Assembly: GCA_034439715.1 (NCBI GenBank)
Contig: JAWXAY010000084.1
Span: 1-11,971, forward strand
DNA from: Pseudomonadota bacterium
Lineage (GTDB): Bacteria; Bdellovibrionota; Bdellovibrionia; Bdellovibrionales; SG-bin7
Length of the DNA: 11,971 nucleotides
Direction of reading: 5' to 3'
The notes beneath the pieces were generated by a model. That model ran no database searches, was not told where the DNA came from, and saw only the letters and a program-made list of their open reading frames with translations. Position 1 is the first letter of the stretch; every line of letters begins with the position of its first letter. Positions 1-7,500 of the stretch are shown here, one piece after another. The position numbers and the translations under genes were made by a program.

Positions 1-151
1 TAGTAAATTGCACGCTGGCGGATTCAAGTGGGAGGCTCGCGGGATCTAAAATGCGTCCCTGCAAACTCACTACCTGTGGTGAAGTTTGTGCCTGAGCACC
101 GCAGAGTCCGGCCAATGTTAAAAAAATAATAAATATACGTACCGCGCGCAT
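1..151 (-). CDS. Partial CDS (5' end; runs off the left edge): secreted Bdellovibrio-type MAT / tail-fibre adhesin-like protein
   Basis: Manual translation from ATG at 151 is open to the window edge: MRAVRIFIIFLTLAGLCGAQA-QTSPQVVSLQGRILDPASLPLESASVQFT. It has a Sec signal peptide (AQA cleavage) followed by P..xxxQGRIL.P...PLE...V.F, which resembles the conserved N-terminal segment of Bdellovibrio mosaic adhesive trimer/tail-fibre proteins. Not in the ORF track. Confidence 0.75.
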   Translation of the reverse strand, partial: MRAVRIFIIFLTLAGLCGAQAQTSPQVVSLQGRILDPASLPLESASVQFT

Positions 152-158
152 ACCTAAC

Positions 159-185
159 TCATCGGACTTTTGTCTAAATACTTGA
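159..185 (-). promoter_or_regulatory. Sigma28 (FliA)-type promoter for the fibre-like gene
   Basis: Minus strand reads TCAAG-N14-TCCGATGA (TCAAGTAT-N11-TCCGATGA), close to the FliA consensus TAAAGTTT-N11-GCCGATAA with exact spacing. It ends 7 nt upstream of the ATG at 151. Confidence 0.65.
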
Positions 186-240
186 AACTAAAGTCGCGGT
201 TTTTCTCAAAGTGAGATGCTATTTATCTCGTAATGGAACA

Positions 241-2097
241 TCAGCGTCCCGAATTAATTTTAATCGGAGATCGAAAAGGCCCAGCATCAAGTGGGAGTTC
301 GATTGTAAAAGTGGCCCCTTTGCCAATCTCACTTTGGACGGAAATTGTTCCGCCATGTGCTTTTATAAGCCCGCGTACAATAGTGAGGCCTAAACCCCAA
401 CCTTGTTGCCTACCATTTTCCGCCGAAGTTTCTCTACGATAGGGTTCAAAGATTCCAGCCTGAGCAGTGGGCGTGATTCCCACGCCCTCATTTTGCACAG
501 TAAGGCGCACCCACTTATCAATTTGTTTCAGCGTAATAGTAATGGGCGTGTTTTTCGATCCATACTTCACGGCATTGTTAGCCAAGTTATCGATAATTCT
601 TTGAAGGGCAGTGCGGGACCACTGTCCCACAATGTTTTGGTCACCATTCAGAATAAAACGATCGCCATGGACCACCGAAAGTTCTTCGATTGCTGCAACA
701 ATCAATGAGTGCAATTCACAAGTGCCTATTCGAATTGGCACTTCTTGTCCTGCCGAAATTCGATTGGCATCCAAGAGATTATGAATCATGTGGTCTGCAC
801 GCTCGATGCTCTCAACGATTCTCTTTAAAAGAGATACTGACGAATCAGTAAAGCCTTTATTTATTAGGTGTTGGATTCCCATTTTTGCAACACTAAGGGG
901 GTTTCTGAGGTCATGAGTGAGAGCAGCGACAAAGCGTTCTCGGATTTCGCGCTCCTCTTTTAAATTATCTAAATCAATACGTGAAAGCGCCATTAAGTGT
1001 GCCACTGACTGTGTAGCGAGCTTAATTTCAGTGACGTCTCTGGTAAAACAGCGAGTATGGATAAATTTTCCATTTTCCCAGTACACATTTGAATCGATAA
1101 GTACATGCTTTGTCATGTTGTTTTTACATTTAAGTCGGGCCGGAAAACTCTGAATGTTTTCTTGATTAGTGAGGCGCTTTAGGAGTTCATTAATGACGTC
1201 AGTGTCGGTGTGAAATTCAGTTATGTTGTGGCCTACATATTCTTCTTGCGAGTAGCCTAATAAATTTAACTCAGCTTGATTTGCTCGCAGAATCGTTCCG
1301 TCGGGACCTATCCAATGAAGGCCAACAGTTGCGTTGTCAAAAAAATCGTTGAGATCAGCTTGATTCCTTCGTAGCTCAGTTTCAATGCGTTTTCGTTCAG
1401 CAGCTTCTTTTTTTAGGATTTCTTCAACTCTTTTACGTTCGCTAATTTCACTATGGAGAGCTTTTTCTCGCTGCTGTAATTCAGCGATCACTCTATAGTG
1501 ACTTTCTCTATAACCTTCTTTACCAATTTGATTAAAATAACGGGAGTGGCTAGCTTCTGGAAATTGATGTGATCCGTAACCACAAAGAAGCGTAAACGAC
1601 TTTTCTTTAGCAAGTTCATTCCAGTATTGCTCTAATAGAATTGTTCCTTCTATATTGCCAGTGTCCCACAAAATTCCCACCATTTCGCCATAAGCTTTAA
1701 TATTAGGATAGAGCTTTTCCATACTGTCGAGAATGGTACCGATAAATTCACGAAACTTATTGGGGTCGGGAAGGCCATCGACAATTATTTTTGACAAAGT
1801 TTCAGCCGCGTCGAGAATCACTAGCCGGCCCTGTTTTTTTAATTTAGCTACGTTAAGACCAGTCTCGTTTAACGAATTTTCAAAAATTTCTCGATGGGAT
1901 GGTGTCGCAATAATAAGTGAACCTTCATTATTATTAAGGCCAGCTGTCATAAATGAAACTACAGAGCCAGCAAGCTCACTTTCATTGTTATAAAACTGAA
2001 CGATATGGCCCTGATGACTAGCTTGGCCGTCTGCATTTTCAGACTTTAGAGCACAATTCGTTTTAGCGCTGTTTTGTTTCATATGCTCTGGTTCCAC
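241..2097 (-). CDS. Cytoplasmic sensor histidine kinase, MEDS (DcmR-like sensory) - coiled coil - PAS - HisKA - HATPase_c
   Basis: MEDS motifs HIVQFY, LIIATPSHR, AYGEMVGILW, LEQYWNEL, LLCGY. PAS: DFFDNATVGLHWIGPDGTILRANQAELNLLGYSQEEYVG...RDVTE. H-box THDLRNPL, N-box NLANNAVKY, G1 QNEGVGI (N in place of the usual D), F-box IFEPY, G2 GWGLGL. No transmembrane segment seen. Alternative start is ATG at 2082. Confidence 0.93.
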   Translation of the reverse strand: MEPEHMKQNSAKTNCALKSENADGQASHQGHIVQFYNNESELAGSVVSFMTAGLNNNEGSLIIATPSHREIFENSLNETGLNVAKLKKQGRLVILDAAETLSKIIVDGLPDPNKFREFIGTILDSMEKLYPNIKAYGEMVGILWDTGNIEGTILLEQYWNELAKEKSFTLLCGYGSHQFPEASHSRYFNQIGKEGYRESHYRVIAELQQREKALHSEISERKRVEEILKKEAAERKRIETELRRNQADLNDFFDNATVGLHWIGPDGTILRANQAELNLLGYSQEEYVGHNITEFHTDTDVINELLKRLTNQENIQSFPARLKCKNNMTKHVLIDSNVYWENGKFIHTRCFTRDVTEIKLATQSVAHLMALSRIDLDNLKEEREIRERFVAALTHDLRNPLSVAKMGIQHLINKGFTDSSVSLLKRIVESIERADHMIHNLLDANRISAGQEVPIRIGTCELHSLIVAAIEELSVVHGDRFILNGDQNIVGQWSRTALQRIIDNLANNAVKYGSKNTPITITLKQIDKWVRLTVQNEGVGITPTAQAGIFEPYRRETSAENGRQQGWGLGLTIVRGLIKAHGGTISVQSEIGKGATFTIELPLDAGPFRSPIKINSGR

Positions 2098-2318
2098 TTC
2101 ATTGGTCGGTAAAGACTATTTAACAGAAACTAACGCTCCCATCAATATTTCTAATGGAACCTATAAAAAATCCACTACCAAAAATTTTAGTGTGGAATTT
2201 AATTTCAGCGGGCTTTTTCGCCAAATTAGACATGAACACCACCCTGGTGCTACTGGAAGGGTAGATTGGGAGTTCGAAGCCGCCAAACCAATAAATCCCC
2301 CTGGAGTGTGCAATTTAA

Positions 2319-2347
2319 TTGATAAAACGCTGCAAATACCATATTAT
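2319..2347 (+). promoter_or_regulatory. Sigma70-type promoter of the ATP-grasp gene
   Basis: TTGATA (2319-2324), 17 nt spacer, TATTAT (2342-2347). An AGGGAG Shine-Dalgarno precedes the GTG at 2388. Confidence 0.55.
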
Positions 2348-2387
2348 GATGCAGCAAGTCATTTAGGTTATATTTAGGGAGTGCGCG

Positions 2388-4124
2388 GTGACCAGAACAG
2401 CAGTCTACTTATTTACGGTATTATGGATAAGTTCGTCAGGTGCTCAACTTAATGGGTATGACGAAATCTTTGATGAGAAGGGCGAGGTTCGTCCCCATTA
2501 CGCCGCCATTTACCAAGCTTGGGAAAGTATTCCTGAAAAGAAGCGAAACGAATTATTTGAGAACTCAAAAAAAGCATTTGAGGGAGATAACTATTTAGAA
2601 ATTCTCCCGCGTATACTCACCAGCGCCGAGTTTTATGGGGTTGTTAAACCAGGTATTGAACAGCGCGCACAAGCCATTCGCGCTTTTCTGATGGATCACT
2701 ATTCGGGAAGTAAAAATTATGCCAGAGATCACATCGTGCCTGAATCTGTAGTTACCCGGGCAATGTCAAAAACCACCGAGCTGGGACATTTCGGAAAGCT
2801 GGATCCCAGTCGTATTGCTTTCATGTATGGCCCTGACCTTATACGTGACGAAAATGGCAATTGGCGGGTCATTGAAGATAACCCCGGTTACCTTGGGGGT
2901 TTGGGTGATTTGGATTTAGCTTACAAATATCTTGCAAAATCCTATCCTGAGCTCAAAAAAATTAAACACAAAAATCCTGAAGAATTTTATAAAGGTTTAA
3001 CAGATGTCTTTAAAAATCGCGCTGATTTGCATGATGGCCGGGTTGTTATGTACATGTCGAGGCATAGCTCTGACAATGAAGATCCGCGCTTGCGCGATAT
3101 TTTCGTAAAACATGGAGTGATGTTCGTAACTCCAAAATCTCAAACTCAGCTAAAAATTTCAAAAGACGCCGTCTATGTTTTTGATACAAAAAAGGGTTTT
3201 GAGGCCAGTAAAGAAAAAGTTGGCTTTATTTTTATCAATGGTGAGCACGACGGGATTGACCCCTCTTACTTTGAGGTTCAAAAAAAACTTATTCGCGAAG
3301 AAGCTCTGAGCCAGCTAGAGGAGATGGAGGATGACCGCGAAGGCTATGAAGAGCTTATCGAAAAAATCAAAAAGGTTTTGTTCTCTCCTAATAAAAAAAC
3401 TGGAGAAATTGATTATAAAAAACTTCTACGCCTTATTGCCCAATCTGATATCGAAGCGGATTTCGAGAGTGAATTGCGCGCTTCCCGTGGCGCGCGCGGC
3501 CTCATAAAAGCAATTCTAGAGGGAAAAGTAGAAAGTAGTTATAGCCCGGGTGTGGATTTTATTGGAGATAAAGAGTTTTATATTTATGTTCCTGAACTCA
3601 TAAGGTACTACCTCCAAGAAGAAGTGATTCTTCAAAATATACCAACCCAGAGTTTTGCCGATCCAAAGACAGGCAAATTGCGCAAAAAGGAATTCGCGGA
3701 GGTTTTTCGTGATTTAAAGGGTCATGTGATTAAACCCACCGACGGCCGCGGTGGCGATGGTATTTTCATTGGACCCTATATGACGAAAGAGGATGCTAAA
3801 CGCAGCCAAAAGCTAGTGAAGTCCGATCCTGAGGGTTTTATTCACCAATCGCTAATGACAATGTCTCATTTACGAAATTTAATCGTAGATTTGCGCGGCT
3901 ACGCTTTTGTTGACGGGCTTGGCGTTTGGGTTGGTGACCATATGTTTAGTCGGGGACTGCCGATGGATAGAGATAAAAAAGGAAAACTTAAAGGTAATGG
4001 CAAAGTAAACCTAAGCGACCAAGGGCGTGAGTTGTTGGTGCTGGTTAGCGAGGGCGGTGTCAAATTTTCCTGTTCTAGCTTATTTAAGTTTAAGCCAACT
4101 AATAGAAAAATGGCTCATCCATAA
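2388..4124 (+). CDS. Circularly permuted type 2 ATP-grasp protein (DUF404/DUF407-like peptide ligase) with an N-terminal signal peptide
   Basis: Family motifs YDEIFDEKGEVRPHY, PRIL...GIEQR...AFLMDHY, DLIRDENGNWRVIEDN, DKEFYIYVPELIRYYLQEEVILQNIPT, VIKPTDGRGGDGIFIGP, VDLR, VN.S. GTG start with good SD. N-terminus MTRTAVYLFTVLWISSSGA is signal-peptide-like. Confidence 0.88.
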   Translation: MTRTAVYLFTVLWISSSGAQLNGYDEIFDEKGEVRPHYAAIYQAWESIPEKKRNELFENSKKAFEGDNYLEILPRILTSAEFYGVVKPGIEQRAQAIRAFLMDHYSGSKNYARDHIVPESVVTRAMSKTTELGHFGKLDPSRIAFMYGPDLIRDENGNWRVIEDNPGYLGGLGDLDLAYKYLAKSYPELKKIKHKNPEEFYKGLTDVFKNRADLHDGRVVMYMSRHSSDNEDPRLRDIFVKHGVMFVTPKSQTQLKISKDAVYVFDTKKGFEASKEKVGFIFINGEHDGIDPSYFEVQKKLIREEALSQLEEMEDDREGYEELIEKIKKVLFSPNKKTGEIDYKKLLRLIAQSDIEADFESELRASRGARGLIKAILEGKVESSYSPGVDFIGDKEFYIYVPELIRYYLQEEVILQNIPTQSFADPKTGKLRKKEFAEVFRDLKGHVIKPTDGRGGDGIFIGPYMTKEDAKRSQKLVKSDPEGFIHQSLMTMSHLRNLIVDLRGYAFVDGLGVWVGDHMFSRGLPMDRDKKGKLKGNGKVNLSDQGRELLVLVSEGGVKFSCSSLFKFKPTNRKMAHP

Positions 4125-4962
4125 AAGTTTTAACTAGTAAGGGCCTACCACCATTTTCGATGTTGGGCTTGGGAAAGAGATTTAAAAATTTTTGAATAGA
4201 AATTTCTAACTCAAATTTTCTGGGTTCATATTCTTTAATTATTTTTGCACCTAATTTTTGATAGTAGCGAGCGCCAACATTATCAGTCTTAATCAGAATC
4301 TTGCCCTCTGTGAGTCCTTTTGCAATTAAATGTTCAGAAATAAAAGGCATAATCTCGAGCACGGAAATGTTGTTAAGACCTCGTTTTGCCAGGCGGCCGA
4401 TTTCAAGCCGGCTGGGACCTGAACCTTTGCTATGATCATATAATGCCCAAACAGCCATCCCTTTATCATTAGATAGGCCCCAGATGGCGACAGCTTTTTC
4501 GTCTCTGAGCGCATCTTCCTGGCGCAGCTCTGCAATAAATCTACTATCAAAAACGTCTCGGGATTTGGTCACATTTGAGTAAACTGAATAAACAAACTCC
4601 AACAGGCCGCGAGCCTTTACTTTCGTGCTTTCGGCTTTCTCATGATTTTTGAGTGTTTCGGGATTAACTACGGCGTAAATTCCTCTCGGTCCGAATGCTA
4701 GGTCCATTTGGATAAAGTTGGGCTTAAAATTCCAAAGAAACTGGCCCTCCCTATATTCCAATTTCGAATCTACCCAAATGTTTCGCCCACCAACATTGAG
4801 ATAGGCATAGCGCGTGAGCTGGTAATTTCTCAGTTTGTGCAGTTTGTGCAGTTTGTCCGTGAACTGAGAGCCGCATGACTGCGCCCCTAATTTGTCACAG
4901 ATTACCGAAATTAGGGAAATAGTGACCATGTAGGTACCGAATCTAGATAATATAAACGCCAT
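4099..4962 (-). CDS. Putative secreted GNAT-superfamily acyltransferase-like protein (LuxI/FeeM-like motif)
   Basis: LEIGRLA strand motif plus downstream ILIKTDNVGARYYQKLGAK, typical of the C-terminal part of GNAT-fold proteins. Hydrophobic N-terminus ending LGA-QS. Starts 20 nt after the TetR stop on the same strand and overlaps the ATP-grasp 3' end by 26 nt. Confidence 0.6.
   Translation of the reverse strand: MAFILSRFGTYMVTISLISVICDKLGAQSCGSQFTDKLHKLHKLRNYQLTRYAYLNVGGRNIWVDSKLEYREGQFLWNFKPNFIQMDLAFGPRGIYAVVNPETLKNHEKAESTKVKARGLLEFVYSVYSNVTKSRDVFDSRFIAELRQEDALRDEKAVAIWGLSNDKGMAVWALYDHSKGSGPSRLEIGRLAKRGLNNISVLEIMPFISEHLIAKGLTEGKILIKTDNVGARYYQKLGAKIIKEYEPRKFELEISIQKFLNLFPKPNIENGGRPLLVKTFMDEPFFY
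4831..4856. repeat. In-frame 9-bp tandem repeat (CAGTTTGTG x ~2.9), encoding KLHKLHKL
   Basis: cagtttgtg cagtttgtg cagtttgt read directly. Confidence 0.85.
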
Positions 4963-4982
4963 GCGGACTTATAGTTCAAACC

Positions 4983-5570
4983 TTATGCCAGCGCGTGGAG
5001 TATGGCGCGTACATTAAACTCCTTAGTATGTTTCATGATGCCCTTTTGGCCTTGTCCAACTATATAAAGGCTGGAGCCAAAAATTAGACAATGAATGCTC
5101 GTTGCGAGGCCTTTTCGTTCAAACTCTGGTAGATTTTTTATTCGGGGAATTTGCTTCAAGAGCGTATCTATACGTAGCCTTCCCCCTTCAAACACTTGGA
5201 ACAGAAATTTTTGCACCTCTTTGACTTCAATTGCGGCCTGAAAAAGCACAGTAGAAAAACTCGCCATCTTTGGATACTTAACCATCCAGTCAAATGTAGC
5301 GTCCTGAAGGGCTACAATAATGTCACGAGGCGGATGCCCCAGTAACTTTTGCAGGTAAAGATCCGTAGTGGACTTTCCCGACTGCGCCCACTCATTCATT
5401 AATTCAAAAAGCAGTACTTCAGTATTCTTATAATGGTAAAGAACCAGTGGTTTTGAAGTCTTGGTTTTACGAGCTATAAGGGCAATGGTTGTACCACGAA
5501 ATCCATATGTTAAAAAACACTCGAGAGCGGCATCCTTTATTTTTTGTCGCGTACCCTTTGACTTCGCCAT
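4983..5570 (-). CDS. TetR/AcrR family transcriptional regulator
   Basis: N-terminal HTH TRQKIKDAALECFLTYGFRGTTIALIARKTKTSKPLVLYHYKNTEVL. The ATG at 5570 has GGAGG 13 nt upstream and is preferred over the track start at 5597. Confidence 0.92.
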   Translation of the reverse strand: MAKSKGTRQKIKDAALECFLTYGFRGTTIALIARKTKTSKPLVLYHYKNTEVLLFELMNEWAQSGKSTTDLYLQKLLGHPPRDIIVALQDATFDWMVKYPKMASFSTVLFQAAIEVKEVQKFLFQVFEGGRLRIDTLLKQIPRIKNLPEFERKGLATSIHCLIFGSSLYIVGQGQKGIMKHTKEFNVRAILHALA

Positions 5571-5620
5571 AGCCGAATCTGGACCTCCAAATGACATTTT
5601 TACAATAGTTAAAGTATATT

Positions 5621-5642
5621 TGTACTATAATTAAATAGTACA
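5621..5642. promoter_or_regulatory. Palindromic operator, probably bound by the adjacent TetR
   Basis: TGTACTAT-aattaa-ATAGTACA, perfect 8-bp arms, in the divergent tetR/5701 intergenic region. It overlaps a TATAAT hexamer (5626-5631). Confidence 0.7.
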
Positions 5643-5700
5643 CTATATTTGCGTTGATTGTACCTAATAGCGCGGAACATCAATTAACGGAGAGGTCTTT

Positions 5701-6255
5701 ATGAGTTTTAGGAATTTGTTTTTAGGTTTATTTTTGGTCACTACCCAAGCAGCCACGGCCCAGCACGCTCCAGGCGCTAACATTCATGAGAAAAACGTGA
5801 TTTGCAGTGTAGGGGCAGTCACCAAAGGTCATAATATAATGGGTGATTTTCATCAACAAGACACGGTTACGTTACAATTTGATTCGAGCGAAACCGTTGA
5901 GTATCCGGTTGTTGGTGGTGGCACGGAGAAAATTAGCTTTGGTTCAGGAGTAGCTCAAATAACACGAACTGTGCGCATGTGGGACAACGAAAAAAAAGAA
6001 ATTCTAAAACCATTAATAGTAAAAGTTGAAATTAGTCGCCTGGGAGCGAATCAGAAAGTGGGAAAGTTTTCCGTTATAATGTTCAATCCCTTCACAGCTC
6101 AGCTGGTAACCACCGAGCGTGATATGAGCCCTCGCCATGCCACAAATGGCTTTATATATGACCACGAAATTCTCTCTAGTCCTACAATTGATAAGGCTCA
6201 GGTGGGGGACCTTATACAAAGTTATGTTTTCTGCAATTTTGAAAGTGGTACTTAG
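5701..6255 (+). CDS. Secreted hypothetical protein (184 aa), beta-rich, two Cys near the ends
   Basis: GGAGAGG SD, signal peptide MSFRNLFLGLFLVTTQAATA-, Cys35 and Cys178 only. Divergent from tetR. Confidence 0.85.
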   Translation: MSFRNLFLGLFLVTTQAATAQHAPGANIHEKNVICSVGAVTKGHNIMGDFHQQDTVTLQFDSSETVEYPVVGGGTEKISFGSGVAQITRTVRMWDNEKKEILKPLIVKVEISRLGANQKVGKFSVIMFNPFTAQLVTTERDMSPRHATNGFIYDHEILSSPTIDKAQVGDLIQSYVFCNFESGT

Positions 6256-6394
6256 TTTCTTCACAATTTTGAAAGAACCAGTTGGCGTACTCAATTGTCT
6301 CACAGAGATGGTTGAAAACATCCCGGACGAATGCTAATGTAAGAGAAAAGTGGAGGCACTTATAAAGGGCATCACTACGAATTGCTAGGGGATT

Positions 6395-7474
6395 GTGGAA
6401 GAAATCATAGTTATAGGCTTATGTATTTGTGTTAACGCACTATTAGCCGCTGTAGAGATGGCTTTTGTATCGGTAGGAAAGCCTCATCTTAGAGAGTTGG
6501 CGAGGTCTGGAAATTCCGATGCTAAAAATATTCTGTCTCTTCGCGAGAAGCCTGAGCGCACACTTTCAATCATTCAGATTGGTATTACTCTTGTCGGTGT
6601 ACTGGGGGCAGCTGTCGGAGGAGCTGGCGCTGAGGAATGGCTTAGTCCAATTTTTCAGAATAAATTTGAAGTCAGTGAAAATACGGCAGAAGCAATTGCA
6701 ATTTTGCTGATCGTTTTACCCATTGCTTATTTGAGCGTGGTCATAGGAGAGTTAGTTCCCAAGACTCTTGCGCTCAGAAATCCAATTGCAATTGTACTAA
6801 GAGCTGCGAAGTGGCTAGTTTTGTTTGATCGTATTTTATCACCTATCGTCTTTACTCTAGAGTGGTCGACAAGAAAATTCTTAAATATCTTTCGCAGGTC
6901 TCGATTGGCGTCTACAAAGGAGCCACCAACTCCCACGACAGATATGGCTGAAAAGTTTGACGAGCTTTCGGCTCAGAATAAGCAGTATGTTTTTAATCTA
7001 GTGAATCTCGAAAAAAAGAGAATTAAAGATGTAATGTTGCCTTGGGAAAGAGTGAATAAAATTAATTTGTCTCTAGCTGCCTCTGAAGTAGAGGCTATCG
7101 TTTTGGCTTCAGGACATACTAGACTTCCCGTTGTGAAAGACGAAACGGTCTCTGGAATTGGTGGACTACTTCATACCAAGGAGTTCACCTCATTTCGAAA
7201 GTCTGGCAAAGAAGACTGGCATTCGATTGTCCGTCCTGTTTTAAGGGTCCTAGAAGGTGAATTTATTTTAAAGACATTAAGGAAAATGCAGGAAAAACGA
7301 AGTCACCTTGCCCTGGTATACACTCAGAATCAATTGGTTGGCATCGTCACATTGGAAGGCATTGTCGAAGAAATTATTGGCGATATTTATGATGAAGATG
7401 ATGATGGCGCGTTAAGAAAAGTTTTAAGTACAGGGGCCTCATTCAGAAGCTTGGGTATTGGACAAGCGGAGTGA
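6395..7474 (+). CDS. CNNM (DUF21) + CBS-pair membrane protein ('hemolysin family', putative Mg2+/divalent cation transporter), lacking the C-terminal CorC_HlyC domain
   Basis: NALLAAVEMAFVS, LSIIQIGITLVG, VVIGELVPKTLA, SGHTRLPVV, MQEKRSHLALV, GIVTLEGIVEEIIGDIYDEDD. The protein ends about 25 aa later. Confidence 0.92.
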   Translation: MEEIIVIGLCICVNALLAAVEMAFVSVGKPHLRELARSGNSDAKNILSLREKPERTLSIIQIGITLVGVLGAAVGGAGAEEWLSPIFQNKFEVSENTAEAIAILLIVLPIAYLSVVIGELVPKTLALRNPIAIVLRAAKWLVLFDRILSPIVFTLEWSTRKFLNIFRRSRLASTKEPPTPTTDMAEKFDELSAQNKQYVFNLVNLEKKRIKDVMLPWERVNKINLSLAASEVEAIVLASGHTRLPVVKDETVSGIGGLLHTKEFTSFRKSGKEDWHSIVRPVLRVLEGEFILKTLRKMQEKRSHLALVYTQNQLVGIVTLEGIVEEIIGDIYDEDDDGALRKVLSTGASFRSLGIGQAE

Positions 7475-7500
7475 TCGCAACGGATTGAACCACTAAAAAC

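Noticed and set aside
211..1993. Five short plus-strand ORFs (211, 233, 403, 917, 1733)
   Set aside because: Antisense shadows of the histidine kinase gene.
2225..2292. tRNA-like segment GGGAGTTCGAAGCCGCCAAACCA
   Set aside because: The T-stem does not pair (GGGAG vs CCGCC) and no acceptor, D or anticodon arms could be built.
2102..2377. 91-aa plus-strand ORF
   Set aside because: TTG start without SD, spans the divergent promoter region, and has no recognisable motif.
2388..5570. ATP-grasp + GNAT + TetR as a RiPP/graspetide biosynthetic cluster
   Set aside because: The ATP-grasp is the circularly permuted type rather than the RimK/MvdD type, no precursor peptide or exporter is seen, and the two enzyme genes are convergent.
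6290..6394. Possible riboswitch (fluoride, M-box or yybP-ykoY) upstream of the CNNM transporter
   Set aside because: GAGATGG and GCTAATG fragments are present, but the required pairings and conserved cores are not. An Infernal/Rfam scan would settle it.
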